A stretch of DNA of 63,082 nucleotides, filler included, from Octopus bimaculoides (GCF_001194135.2; 4 parts of 4 records of this genome joined end to end with filler, not necessarily neighbours in it); one strand, 5' to 3'; counted from the first letter of the whole stretch, positions 1 through 12,911 are shown. Notes: generated by a model from the sequence alone, not told the origin. A program made the numbers and translations.

Positions 1-229
1 TATATATATATATAAATATGTATATATATATGTATATATACCAAGCAAAATTGTTAGTTGTAAAATTTTTTAAGAGATCAAATCATGTTCATAGATACCT
101 CAACATGGCTGTCCGTTCGAACAGACTTTACTTTTTTTAAGCACCTAGAGGTGATGTTCTCTTCGGGTTGAAAAAATGGTAGTAAAGTATGTTCGTAAAT
201 TTTCGGATATATATCTAGCAACTCGGGCT

Positions 230-420
230 AATGCGCACAAGCCTGGTAGGTGTAAAAGACTAACATGCTATGTTGTTTCCTTCTGCTCTTATGCTGTGTT
301 CGCATCCAATAAATCCTCATCCCCCTCTTTTTCATGGTATATATAGTGTGCTGTGTCACATTTGGGTGGAGTGACCCATATCTAGTTAGCAACTTCCTTA
401 TCTTTCTAAGCTGATTCACC
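230..420 (-). mobile_element. R4/Dong-like non-LTR retrotransposon fragment (post-RT/thumb region), pseudogenised
   Basis: Minus strand reads RKIRKLLTRYGSLHP and, after a frameshift, LYIP*KRGG*GFIGCEHSIRAEGNNIA. This matches the R4/Dong-type motif RKTRKLLT..G.LHP..DVDRLYIPRKEGGRGL..VEDC..AE recalled from the family; the two stops sit where Arg (CGA) is expected, consistent with CpG decay. Confidence 0.7.
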
Positions 421-829
421 TGACATTATTGAAAGACATTCAAATCACTTAAACACTATGCAATATTTTCATTCTCATTTTGTTCACTTACTCTTTCATA
501 TGATTCGACCGTCGTCTGCATGTTTATAGATCATCATGTACGTATGCGCGTAGACACGTGTAGGTATATACATACATACGTAAATAGATACATAGATATG
601 CGAATCTATCTGTATGTGTGTATGTGTATAATGATGGATTCGAGGGTTTCTTTTATTTACAAGTTGATTTCTTTAATTTATCGGAGTATAAATATATATA
701 ATAGTCATACTTAAAAAAAAATATTAGTTCAATTAAAAGCTTGGTTAAGCAACGCATTGTAAGCCACACTATGATTTACGAAACAATTTATTTGCGTGCA
801 GGTTATGCATCGCCTCTGCGATGCCTTTT

Positions 830-832
<3 letters not shown>

Positions 833-898
<66 letters not shown>
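833..898. repeat. (ATT)n microsatellite, probably the (AAT)n tail of the adjacent minus-strand element
   Basis: Perfect triplet run seen directly. Confidence 0.95.
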
Positions 899-1507
899 GA
901 GTGAGAGAGCAGTGCATGCCATCAAAGTGACACTGGGGTAAAATATACAAAGCCCATTATACCCATCATGACTACCCGTCTGATAAGGGTATACCAGGCA
1001 CATGCATCACAACGATATGTACGCGACATGGTGATCCCGTATCAAGATAAACAGCGCATGACCTCGCAGGTGGGGCCCAGTTAGAATTTTCTTCAGGTCG
1101 AGTAGCCCATCCGCTCAAAAGGTCCCTGAATAAGGTTTGTTTAAGGATGTTGAGCAAAACACCCATGTTTCCAAAGGTGAATTATTCAAACCCCAAAGAA
1201 TTCCTCTCAACACATGGCTACGATGCTCCCCCACTACTTCTGCTCGTGATCAGAGATGCACATATCGTCAGTCACCAAGGGTCATGCTCAACTAGTTAAG
1301 GTCAAACAACTGACAAGCAAATCTGTGGTACTGAGCAGAATATTTGCTGTAGCCCATCTCTTATAGCAAGACAAAACAATGTACATGATAACACTTCCAA
1401 TCAATTAAGATCAGAAGCCATGTGAGCCACTGCCTGGTACTGCATCAGGCCAGCCACTGCCTGGTATTGCATCAGGGCAAGCCACTGCCTGGTGCTGAAT
1501 CAGGACA
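899..1507 (-). mobile_element. Unclassified retroposon-like repeat (LINE 3' UTR or SINE-like) ending in an (AAT)n tail
   Basis: Non-coding, GC-richer 600-bp block that runs on the minus strand into ...CTCTCTCACTC(AAT)n. Its 5' end carries a triplicated 27-28 bp motif. Recalled as an abundant Octopus repeat (unverified). Confidence 0.55.
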
Positions 1508-1515
1508 ATTGTTAT

Positions 1516-1518
<3 letters not shown>

Positions 1519-1574
<56 letters not shown>

Positions 1575-1600
1575 TAATAATAACAATAATAATAATAATA

Positions 1601-1647
<47 letters not shown>
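1519..1647. repeat. Compound (AAT)n-(ATT)n microsatellite forming a quasi-palindrome
   Basis: AAT run 1519-1600 abuts ATT run 1601-1647. Confidence 0.95.
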
Positions 1648-1648
<1 letters not shown>

Positions 1649-1950
1649 GCGTGTAACCATGGGTTTACGTCGTTGTATATGCTTTCGTTGCCCAACTGCA
1701 ACTGCAGCGCTTTAGATTATGATTAACAGTTACGGTTTACATACTTTGGATTCCGCTATACTATCGTATTACGGAGGTATGTGAAGTTGAAAACGAGACA
1801 CCTTTTTATATATGAATTTCATAAAATACACACTTAATTTGTTCTAGCACATTGGACCTGTAACTAAAACATTGAAATTTTAAAATATGAAAAAATTGTG
1901 TTTGTTTGTCATTGTAAAGAGCATTTCTCTTGCAATATATACGCCATTAT

Positions 1951-2167
1951 AAGCCGGCGAACGGGCAGAAACGTTAGCACGTCGCACGGAATGTTTAGTG
2001 AGATTTCGTCTGTCTTACTTTCTGAGTTCATATTCCACCGAGTTCGACATCGCATTTCATCCTTTCGGTGTCGATAAATTAAGTACCAGTTGCGTACTGG
2101 GGTCGATCAAATCGACTGGCCTCTCTCCAAAAATCTCGTGCCCTGTGCCTAGAATACGAAAAAGAAC
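1951..2167 (+). mobile_element. tRNA-derived SINE, family A, copy 1
   Basis: Head AAGCCGGCGAACGGGCAGAAACGTTAG, B-box-like GAGTTCATATTCC, core CATCCTTTCGGTGTCGATAAATTAAGTACCAG, tail TGTGCCTAGAATACGAAAAAGAA. Alignable by eye to 2182, 5354, 6838 and 33105. Confidence 0.85.
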
Positions 2168-2181
2168 ATATACGCCAATAT

Positions 2182-2365
2182 AAGGCGGCGAACTAGCAGA
2201 AACTTTAGCACGCCGGACTAAATGCTTAGCAGTATTTCGTATGTATTTACGTTCTGATTTCAAATTCCGCCGAGGTCGATTTGCCTTTTGTCCTTTCGGG
2301 ATTGATAAATTAAGTACCAGTTGCGTACCGGGGTTGATCTAATCGACTGGCCCCTACTCCAAAAT
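2182..2365 (+). mobile_element. tRNA-derived SINE, family A, copy 2 (tandem with copy 1, 3'-truncated)
   Basis: AAGGCGGCGAACTAGCAGAAACTTTAG...GATTTCAAATTCCGCCGAGGTCG...AAGTACCAGTTGCGTACCGGGGTTGAT. Confidence 0.85.
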
Positions 2366-4499
2366 AAAGTTGTCCTATTATTTTGTAGTTTAGATGCTTC
2401 AGAATAGAACCACGTATCGCATTCACACAACGTAAAACTTAGTGATTGTACTGATTAAATATTACGAGACTATGCCTTTTCGTTTATCTGTTCATTTCTG
2501 AGTTGAAATGTTTCACTGAAGTCAACGATTTCCCGTCATTACACCGATATAATTTTTTCACCATCAAATACGATGTATTCGCTTAATGCACTGATTTGAT
2601 ACCATCTTTATTTTATATGAATGGACAATGTTTTTAATGATTAGATCACCTTTCACTATTTATATGACAACACAATTATTCAGAGACGCAATAAATATTC
2701 TCTCAATTTTGTAAAATGATCTGTTATTGGTACCCTTAGGTTTTTGTTATTGAAAGTACTTAAACAATCTTCCCTTCACTTGCCCCTCATTATGTGAATC
2801 AAATGTTATCCGCTGAGTACTTTTCGAAAATTTTGTTTTACCTTGATCAGAGCCTCTGGCACTAAATGTTTGATTTTACGGGAATTAATTTTTGAATTAA
2901 TATCTCTGATTAGTTGGCAACATGTCAGTTCAGATTTGTGAATCAAACATATATTATTGGCTTGTTAGATTAACAGACTCAAATGCAGGTATCAAAAGTT
3001 TATTGTAAATCGATTTGCCAATATGAATTAACATACTGTTTCTTATACTTATATGATAAGTTAGGAAATGTGGTATATTTCTGGGATGATAATATAAATG
3101 TATTATGGTTTATATAGAAATTGGTTGACTAGAATTTTAATATATAGTTTTGCACAATGCATCCCCAAAATTGTCTTTGCTTCCTACATTCTTGCCGTGA
3201 TAATTGTCTACGAAACAATGCATGAATTGATCCTGGGATATCAATGAAATTCTGCTAAAAATCAATAATTCTATAATTTGAATTATTTGAGTCTGGAATA
3301 TATAAATACAATTATAAGCACACCTGCTTTAAAATTAACATTATATAAGCCACGTTCAAGGATTATGTGATTATAGGGATATATATCTGGCCTCTTTTGC
3401 AATAACTTGATTTATAAATCCAGATCTGTCAATAATGAATTTCGGATAATAATTGTTCGGCAGATTTCGATTGTATCGGTTCTGTCATCTAACTCGCATC
3501 ATGATGTAGATAACCGATATATTTAATATCAAATTTTATGTCCACCGCTTTCCATATTGGGCGCTTTCAGCCGAGTGCAAAGTGTGGCAAGCATCCAAGC
3601 TTGGTTTGAGATGCCTTCCTCCCTAGCTACTGCTAGACATATCATCATCTTAAAAGGTCATGTGCACTGCCTTTCCTTCTGAATAAAAGATAAAAACAAC
3701 GCAGTTAATGAAACGTAACAACAGGGATTTAGTACTGCATAAGCTTTACAATATGGCTGCGTTTTCTTGTTCTCATATTATCTGACGGAGATATGTAACA
3801 TACGCACTACTAAATGGATATTCACTATTAACTCAACAATAACAAGTTTAATAATATGGTATTTTCCATCTTTTATTTACTATTAATTACTATTCATATT
3901 AGTTATTCAAATACTGCCCGTAGTAGCGTGTTTTTTAGCCCACAATTGTTAATTCTCTCAATGTCCGCATTAACTGTAGTCAAAGAGAAATAAATTATAG
4001 AATATAAGGTAATGGATAGGTTTATTTTAGGTCTTTTAATAAAATGGAAGCGGATCCGTCATGATTTAGCTTACACACAAATGATTTAGTTCACCGCCTT
4101 TACTTACTTAGACGAAAGGAAATAGATATTTATTACATACAAATTACATTATCTAACAAAAAATACCGAGTTAAGAATGTCGTATTTTATGATAACTACA
4201 CAAACGATCATGAACCATTCGTATTATTATGTATATTATCTTATATTTGTATTCATTTTGCAGGTTTCAGATACTGGATTAGGGTCCTGTATGGACACTG
4301 GATACATTCGTATGAGAGGAAAGTCAATATGATTTTGAATGCACATCCATTTATCGCCAGTATATGAAACCACACTTAGCATACATATTTTTTCCCATTT
4401 CATATATAAGGAGCCAAGTTTGTTTCCTTCGGACACGTAAGGTGTTGAGAGTATCGACTAACCCGTCGCCAAAAGTTCATGCTTTATGCTTTCCTTTTG

Positions 4500-4915
4500 T
4501 ATATAACTTTACACAACCTAAACACATACAGACATACTCAAGGCATTGAAAGCATTTATGGTGACAGTGTTGCACCCGGCAGGCTCAGAGATTCTGATCC
4601 GGCTCCAGTTTCTCAATATCCAGAAAGAGACCACCACACACGGCGTAGATGGAGCAAGCCAATTAATGCAGTGGTCACGGAGTGCTACTATCTGAGCAAA
4701 CCGGTAGATGAAAATGGTGCTCAAATTAGGAGTTACCGACAACGAATGTATGATCATTGAAGGGAAAAGGGATTGTTTCAACTCTCGGAACAGAGATTAT
4801 GTGATCAAGCTAGGGCAATAAGAAAATTCATTGGTTTACAGAAGTAGAGCTCGAAGCCATCAAAAGACGAGTCTTGCAAAATAGAAGCAGAGATAACGAT
4901 GAAACGACAGTTCTT
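4500..4915 (+). mobile_element. R4/Dong-like non-LTR retrotransposon, N-terminal ORF fragment, pseudogenised
   Basis: Translates RRRWSKPINAVVTECYYLSKP...SYRQRMYDH*REKGLFQLSEQRLCDQARAIRK, then after a frameshift WFTEVELEAIKRR. This is the N-terminal YR.RM...W.E.G.F...EQRL.DQAR.I...WF.E.ELE motif recalled for R4/Dong-clade ORFs. Confidence 0.75.
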
Positions 4916-5002
4916 AATAATAAGAACTGCAGCACAGGAAAGGAATAGTGCTTGTGTGTGTGTGTGTAATGCGTATGTACACACACACGCACACACACAC
5001 AA

Positions 5003-5046
<44 letters not shown>

Positions 5047-5353
5047 GATTGGTTTCGGAGGAATCTGGAAAATTCATAATTGTCGTTTACCTTTATATTG
5101 GGTTGATTCATCTTTTCTGCTTTTTTTCCTAGGATCTAAAAATTTCACAATAATTATTTAGAAAAGTACGTTAATAACATGTTTATGAAATATACTCTGA
5201 TCTGATTATCCAGAGAATTATTACAAAATATATTGATGCACGTCCTATTGGTGTAAATTTAGAGAAACATAACAAAGGGTGGTTTTTATGTTCCAATTTT
5301 CTTACGTTGTTTTTTATAGCTCAAAATCAGGTTTCCTTAAAATGGAAAATATT

Positions 5354-5606
5354 CTTTTCTACACTAGGCACAAGGCCCGAAATTTTGGGGAGGGGTTCAG
5401 TCGAATAGATGAACTTCAGTACGCAACTGAATGGATGAAAGGCAAAGTCATCCCATTAGATCGGATGAAAGGCAAAGTCATCCCATTAGATTGGATGAAA
5501 GGCAAAGTCGACCACAGCTTAATTTGAACTCAGAACGTAACGACAGACGAAATACCGCAAAGCATTTCGGCCGGGGTGCTAACGTTTCTGCCAGCTCGCC
5601 GCCTTA
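5354..5606 (-). mobile_element. tRNA-derived SINE, family A, with internal 30-bp triplication and 16-bp TSD
   Basis: Reverse complement of the family A head and tail. Flanked by TAAAATGGAAAATATT (5338-5353) and TAAAATGGAAAAGATT (5607-5622). Confidence 0.9.
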
Positions 5607-6837
5607 TAAAATGGAAAAGATTAAACTAAGGTATAGAACGTCCTAGTATTACTTTTCCTTGCATTTCTTTACGTATTATTTCACACAGTACATCTAATAT
5701 TCTATCTTCTTGGAAACAACTTGCCGAATCACATCTGTAAGTGTTGCCTAGTAGATTTGTGTAAGATAACGCAAAAATAGATTTCTTTTTTAAATGAAGA
5801 TGCTTTGAAGAATTACAATTATTTTTTTATGGTAGGCTATATTTATTCTAGATACAACGAAATTGAACTTTAAAATTCGAACAATTTATATCGATTCTTA
5901 TCGTTAACGAAATTGCACTCACAGGTTTTCTCAAGGTAATTTAATAATTCGTAATTATCTTGTTTATTGATCTTCTACAATATTTCTTGAATATGACGCA
6001 AACCATGTTGTATTGCAGAGTTCATTGGGTACATTCTCAGTTTACATTGTATAATTATATTTTCTGCTCATTATTGAAATTATATTTAGAATACAAATAT
6101 GTATTTCTCTTGATCAATTAGTATGGAAAACTTCAATTAATCTATACGTACATGAGCAATCGAGAAACATGTCAAGTACAATCATAATACCGCTATGTAA
6201 ATATACTTAACGAATATCATATTTCCAATTAGAAATCAATTCTATTTACAATAATTTGAATATAAAATGTCTTTTAATAAGAGGCTAAGTTTTAATTCAT
6301 AATTTCTGAAAATAATTTCATGAAATGATATGGATTCGAGTGTTTGGGGAATTTCAAATACGTTGACTATCGTTTCAGTTTAGCTTGTTGTAAGATTATT
6401 CGTGTTTGTAAACTCAACAGTAATATCTAAAATGTAATAAATCAGTTTAATTTAATTTTGGGTATGTAAATTATTTTTTTGTGATATATACTTGGCGGTT
6501 TGGCGCACGGTTAGAATATATGAAACATGAATTTTTATTCCAAGCCAATGCGTTCATCACGATCTTCGACTGGTGTGCAACAATGTACAACAACGTGCAC
6601 AGACATATATCTCTAGTGAATCCCTGTGTAAAGAGCGATTTAAAACCGTGTTGAAGAAACATGGACATTAATGTTAACTTCCATTATAAAAGCTTAGCCA
6701 CTACTTAATCATTTAAGTAAGGAATAAATCACAAGTTTTTATTATCTGTCTGAATCCTCTACGCTAATGTCACAGACTAATCTATTGACCGCAGATTTAT
6801 CATGCTCCCCTTCTGTCCTGAATCTCTCTCTCTCTAA

Positions 6838-6999
6838 TTTTGGGGAAGGGGGCCTAATCAGTTACTGGTAATTAAAATTTCGACCCGAAAGGATGAAAGG
6901 CAAACCTCAGCGGAATTTGAGCTCAGTACATAAAAGGCAGACGAAATACCGGTAAGCATTTCGCTCGGCGTGCTATCACTTCTGCCAGCTCACCGCCTT
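6838..6999 (-). mobile_element. tRNA-derived SINE, family A (diverged)
   Basis: CGACCCGAAAGGATGAAAGG...GGAATTTGAGCTCAG...CTTCTGCCAGCTCACCGCCTT is the reverse complement of the family A head and core. Confidence 0.8.
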
Positions 7000-9900
7000 A
7001 TATAAAATTAAATATTAAACACTTTATTTTCGAAATACTATCGTCTGACATATATGTAAATGTTATGTGTACGATAATATATNNNNNNNNNNNNNNNNNN
7101 NNNNNNNNNNNNNNNNNNNNNNNNNNNNNNNNNNNNNNNNNNNNNNNNNNNNNNNNNNNNNNNNNNNNNNNNNNNNNNNNNNNNNNNNNNNNNNNNNNNN
7201 NNNNNNNNNNNNNNNNNNNNNNNNNNNNNNNNNNNNNNNNNNNNNNNNNNNNNNNNNNNNNNNNNNNNNNNNNNNNNNNNNNNNNNNNNNNNNNNNNNNN
7301 NNNNNNNNNNNNNNNNNNNNNNNNNNNNNNNNNNNNNNNNNNNATATATCTACTGCCATGCCTTGAAGTTTTATTCTAATTCACCTATCGTTCTATATCT
7401 CACCACTATTAGTTTTCTGCTAATTTCTTTCTTTCTCCTCTTTCTCTTTCTATAAACTACCTTGACATTTTATCTACTAACAGTTTTTTAAAAGAAAAAC
7501 CTTTTAGCTTTCCCTTCGTCATATACGCAGTAATCACATTTGTTTCTTTCTTTCCCTGATGAGAAGATTACATTGTTTTACACCATTTCATTCCTTCTGG
7601 AATAATACAAATGTGTCCTTGGAAACATATGTCGGAATAAAAAGATTTGAATAACACCTGTGTTTAACTCCATTTATATATGATAAGAATCGGTTGATGG
7701 TTCAATTCATCTGTTTCAGACGCATTTTTATTCATAACATCAGTTTTCTTCATGGTGAAATAAAAATTCACATTTTTTCAGAGAAAAAAAAAATATAAGG
7801 ATATAGATGTCATCAAAAAAGTGAAAATATGCCATTTTATTTACAGAGACGGCTAGTGATAAAAAATAGGAGGAAGAGAGAGACAAAGAAATAGGGAGAG
7901 AAGGAGGAGACTAGATTAAGGGTTCTCAGAATAGTGTAGTCAAGGTAAATGTCGTGGCGCCGAAAAGGAAGTTACTGCTAAACCATAGAAAATTAAAGTG
8001 GAACATTTATGACAACACATACTTTTGTGTTATCATATCCTGTTATTATTTCTCCAAACCAAATTTAGAATTTTTAATTCTCCTGAAAAGCATGCTTTAT
8101 TTTTTCATGGAGTCGAATTCTTCATCCATAAAAGAACGTGCATAAAAAGGTTGCAGCGAACTTTTAATCCATTTGCGTTCATATTTTATATAAACACCAT
8201 ATCTGGAATATTCCTTATGTTCACTTTAGAACTTACATGGGATAATGAAACTGCACGCCGGTGTGCTTAGGTACACAATTCCATGTACATGTATATTTAT
8301 ATGTATGTGTATATTTGTGTGTATGTGGAAGTGTATGAATACGTCTGCATATGCATGGGTATATACGGATGTAAGTGTATATGGTATATACACAGATGTG
8401 TATATTTGAACCCATATTCAAGTATGTCCATATTAAATAGCTTGATTCAAAAGAATACACAAATATTAATAATACTAATGTAATAATATAAACATATGCA
8501 CGTGCGCGCACGCAGATTTTCCTGTGTGTATGTATATGTGTATGTATGTATTTATATATGTATGTATTTATGTTTCTTTGTATATATCCATGTTACCATC
8601 CATTCTTACACATGTGAATATCCTAGTGCCAATATCAATTTCGTCTAGGCACCGGAATCAAAGGCTCTAAAGTAGCAGTAGACACAATCAAATCTGCTAT
8701 TACAATCCAAGACTATAACGATAAAATATGATTGCAAAATTTGCCTCTATGTCTCCAATAACAATTGATTGTAATTTAAGTAAACACACAACTTAATGAT
8801 TGAAAGAAACAGTAATCATTCTACCCGCTAAAAATAGAAATCGAATTTCGTTAAAATCACGTACTAAAGTTGTAAAGATTGAAGGGAGCCATGATAATGG
8901 ACTCTTATATACATGCTAGGTAACACAAAGAACAACGAAAGAAGAAATGAGCTTGTCATGGTTTAAATGCTTTTCATCTCATGTTATATAAGAGTCATTG
9001 TGGGTTAAAGAACAACTACATATACATGAATAAGTATTGCACAATATAATTTACAATCAAACAATTATAACGTCGTTATGTTTATTACAGGGCGTAGTGC
9101 AGATGGGAGAATCGATACAGTGTTATTGTGAATATGTTATGATATTTCATTGCGTGCGTAATTTGTGGTTGCAAATATAGCAGGTTTCAGTTGTCACGTT
9201 ATTTCTTGTTGTAAGATTGTTATTAGAAAACTAGACAATCAGTTTGGCTTATCAAGCAGAAGACACCCGTCAGGTGACATATAAGGCTTTACGTCAGTAG
9301 CAAAAATACTCACTGTTCTTTCGGTCACTGTCATTTCAGATAATATTTAGAGTTTCTGTCATGTTATTTCTATTCAACAGTCTCTTTTATTCTCTCGACA
9401 AGATAAAATTAAGAATACTTGTTTACCTTGGCNNNNNNNNNNNNNNNNNNNNNNNNNNNNNNNNNNNNNNNNNNNNNNNNNNNNNNNNNNNNNNNNNNNN
9501 NNNNNNNNNNNNNNNNNNNNNNNNNNNNNNNNNNNNNNNNNNNNNNNNNNNNNNNNNNNNNNNNNNNNNNNNNNNNNNNNNNNNNNNNNNNNNNNNNNNN
9601 NNNNNNNNNNNNNNNNNNNNNNNNNNNNNNNNNNNNNNNNNNNNNNNNNNNNNNNNNNNNNNNNNNNNNNNNNNNNNNNNNNNNNNNNNNNNNNNNNNNN
9701 NNNNNNNNNNNNNNNNNNNNNNNNNNNNNNNNNNNNNNNNNNNNNNNNNNNNNNNNNNNNNNNNNNNNNNNNNNNNNNNNNNNNNNNNNNNNNNNNNNNN
9801 NNNNNNNNNNNNNNNNNNNNNNNNNNNNNNNNNNNNNNNNNNNNNNNNNNNNNNNNNNNNNNNNNNNNNNNNNNNNNNNNNNNNNNNNNNNNNNNNNNNN

Positions 9901-10939
9901 NNNNNNNNNNNNNNNNNNNNNNNNNNNNNNNNNNNNNNNNNNNNNNNNNNNNNNNNNNNNNNNNNNNNNNNNNNNNNNNNNNNNNATATATATATGTATT
10001 CTTATATACATTCATATATGTTTCGGGTTTTTGAAAGTATAGGATATAGTATTTGGTGTTTGATGTTTATCAGAATGCAACATGGTTAGATGTTATCATG
10101 AAAGAATTTTGTACCTCTTGATAGTAAGCTTACGTAATATTACATACAATTACATAATAATATGTATAATACATGTTTGAGTAATACATAATTGATTTGA
10201 ATCCATTACTGATGTGAAAATGCAGCATACTGTGAAAGCATCATGGAGAGAGGGAGAGAGAGAGACAGAGAGAGTGTGTGTGAGAGAGAGAGAGAGCAAT
10301 TATTTTGTTGAAGTTACAAGATGTTGTTTTGATGCATCACTGAAATAATCATTTCAAATCTATATGGAAGGCGAGATTGATTTCAGGAACGAACTTTGTA
10401 ATGTAGAATGAATACGCTGATAGACAAATATAATTCAAACTTTACATAATTCGTCTCTAGCAATTCAGGTATGACACTTACGAGTCCAATTCTATAGTGA
10501 CTGATGAGAAAGCAGTTGGAAAGAGATGAGAGTGAGGATGTGCCTAATAGATATGTAAATAAATAAAGCTGCACTGCCTGAACTAAGGAGACACAATAGA
10601 AATTCTGTCAGTATTGTGGTTCGAACGGGCGAGCTCCCAGCATCGGTGGCCCGATGGGCAAAATGCTCGGTTTCAAAAACTGATTCGATTCATTTCATTC
10701 CTTGATGTTACTGAAGACATTGCAGTTAAAAAAAAATCTGCTATTCAGTTGCTCACATTGAAAATTTCACAAATACTGGGTCCATATTTCTCGCGTTTTT
10801 CACAAATTGGACGATTGATAATGATGATGAATACTGCAAATAGACTATCATATACGAAGATGCACTCCGTTTCCCTAACTCTTTTAGATTAAATCCAGGG
10901 TCTTTTTCGAAATACAACAGTACAGTTTACATCGGTGAC

Positions 10940-11626
10940 AGAGCTATCCTGCCTCCAAAAATTGTTCCTCTACAGATCATTAATAATATGCTATTGAATA
11001 AACTTCTAGAATCTTCATTTATAACTCAAATGACAGTGTTGTTGATGATCATGATAGTGTCAACTACCCTATCGAATTCTTTATCTCACTACAACTACCA
11101 GGTACAGCTCCTCATTCTCTTCAGTTGAAAATAGAGACTCCCATTGTAATATTATATATTTTGCTTCAACCAAATTATGCAATGGTACAAGATTAATTGT
11201 GCACAAACATTCTCTCTGTTAGTAGTAAAGGCTTATGTACCCCGAAAAGAAACAAAAAAAACATTGTTTATAAAGAAATATTCATTCTTAATGCAACATG
11301 AATACCTATTTAACTTCATTTACCATTACTATAATTACATTCAAGAGCGAGTAAATTACCTATTTCAATGAACTGTATTATATATTTGTCATTACTGTAC
11401 TGATAAATAAAATAAGGCACACATCTCACTTATTATTATCATGTAATAAACAAACAGAGCTTCATGTATAGAAATGAACTTTTTCTACTTCAGTTATTAC
11501 ATGATTTTCTCTTATAAAAATACAAACATACAGGAGGAGTAAATTATACATATAATAGTGCATTCAATGTGATACCCGATAAAAAGTAAAAGTAATTACT
11601 TTATGAAAAACGGGTTTTACTGCTAG
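10940..11626 (+). mobile_element. Helitron 3' fragment: PIF1-like helicase remnant plus CTAG 3' terminus
   Basis: Frameshifted RAILPPK...IINNMLLNKL / YNSNDSV...NYPIEFFISLQLPGTAPHSLQLKIETPIVIL / KLCNGTRLIV matches the Helitron Rep-Hel helicase motifs RAILAP.N, YP.EFLNSL..G.PPH.L.LK.G.P..LLRN and LCNGTRL. Ends ...CGGGTTTTACTGCTAG|T at 11626. Confidence 0.85.
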
Positions 11627-11632
11627 TATATT

Positions 11633-11665
<33 letters not shown>

Positions 11666-12719
11666 ATATAAACGCGCACACACGCACACACACACAGACA
11701 CACTCACATATATATATATATATATATACATAGGTTCTTTCATTATATTTAAAGTAAATAATAAAAATTTCACACAATATTTTGAAACGATTTATTTTTA
11801 TAGACGCAAATACTTATATAGGCATACACACCTATATATATGTTCGAATACACATATACAATATAAACAACGCGTTATATAAATATTAAATTCAACGAAA
11901 GCTATGCAGTGGCAATTATAATTACAACATATAATGTTTCAGTTGATAAAAAATCCACGTAAAACATTGCATATTTGTGATTGTTTGAATGTAAGCAGGT
12001 TAGGCCGATAAGTGTAGATTAGTACAAATGTACTATATATCAAAGTATGGATGTAATTGTTTATGTAACAATAATGCATAATTTCACAGCATATAATTCC
12101 ACATTGTTTGACCTGCAAATGCAACGCATTGTTGTGCGTTGCAATAATATTGAATGATTACACTTACGTTCTCACAGGAAATGAATAGCATGGAGTTGTT
12201 TATATATAGGATGCTAATTATTGAATAAAATTAAAGGAGTTGCATTCCTTAGGAAAATAGGAGGTCGGTGGAAAATCATAAACATTTTAAGTATGCTTGT
12301 ATTTTATATGATAAACAAACATTGCTCCATAATTACAAAATAATACATACGCACATACATACATACATATATATATATATATATGTGTCTGTATCTGTAT
12401 GTATGTATGCATATTCAGTGAAGAAAAATTCTGTTGAATGTGAAATGCTTAAGAAAAAAACAATAGAAATTTAATTTCCAAAAATAAATTAATAAAAAAA
12501 CACAGATACAAATGAATAATCAAAGACATAAAAGTAAAGAATTCTTGCAATAACATAAATTTACACAAACTATAGAAATAAAGTTAATGAGAAGATTTGG
12601 AGAAATGAAAGATGAAACGTGAGTTTTTAATAATATTAACTTTGGACAAGGTATCTTATTTTGAAATATTGAAATATCCGTTGTTTAATAAAATTAAGTT
12701 TCTATGATTTTCTTCTTAT

Positions 12720-12870
12720 TCTTATGGTAATCTTCATCGTTGTCAACGTTACAGTTATCATCAACATCATTCACTACATCATATCCATCATCACCATCAG
12801 CAATGTCATCATCGTCATCGTCGTTGTAGTCCTCGTTGTCGTCATCATCGTCACCCTTGTCGTAGGCGTT

Positions 12871-12911
<41 letters not shown>

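Noticed and set aside
4262-4436. Exon-like segment with good acceptor and GTAAGG donor
   Set aside because: All three frames contain stops and no protein was recognised. It could only be a UTR or non-coding exon, which is unsupported.
12120-12143. 9-bp hairpin TGCAACGCA/TGCGTTGCA (and a 7-bp hairpin at 807-824)
   Set aside because: Isolated short stems with no associated terminus motif; compatible with chance.
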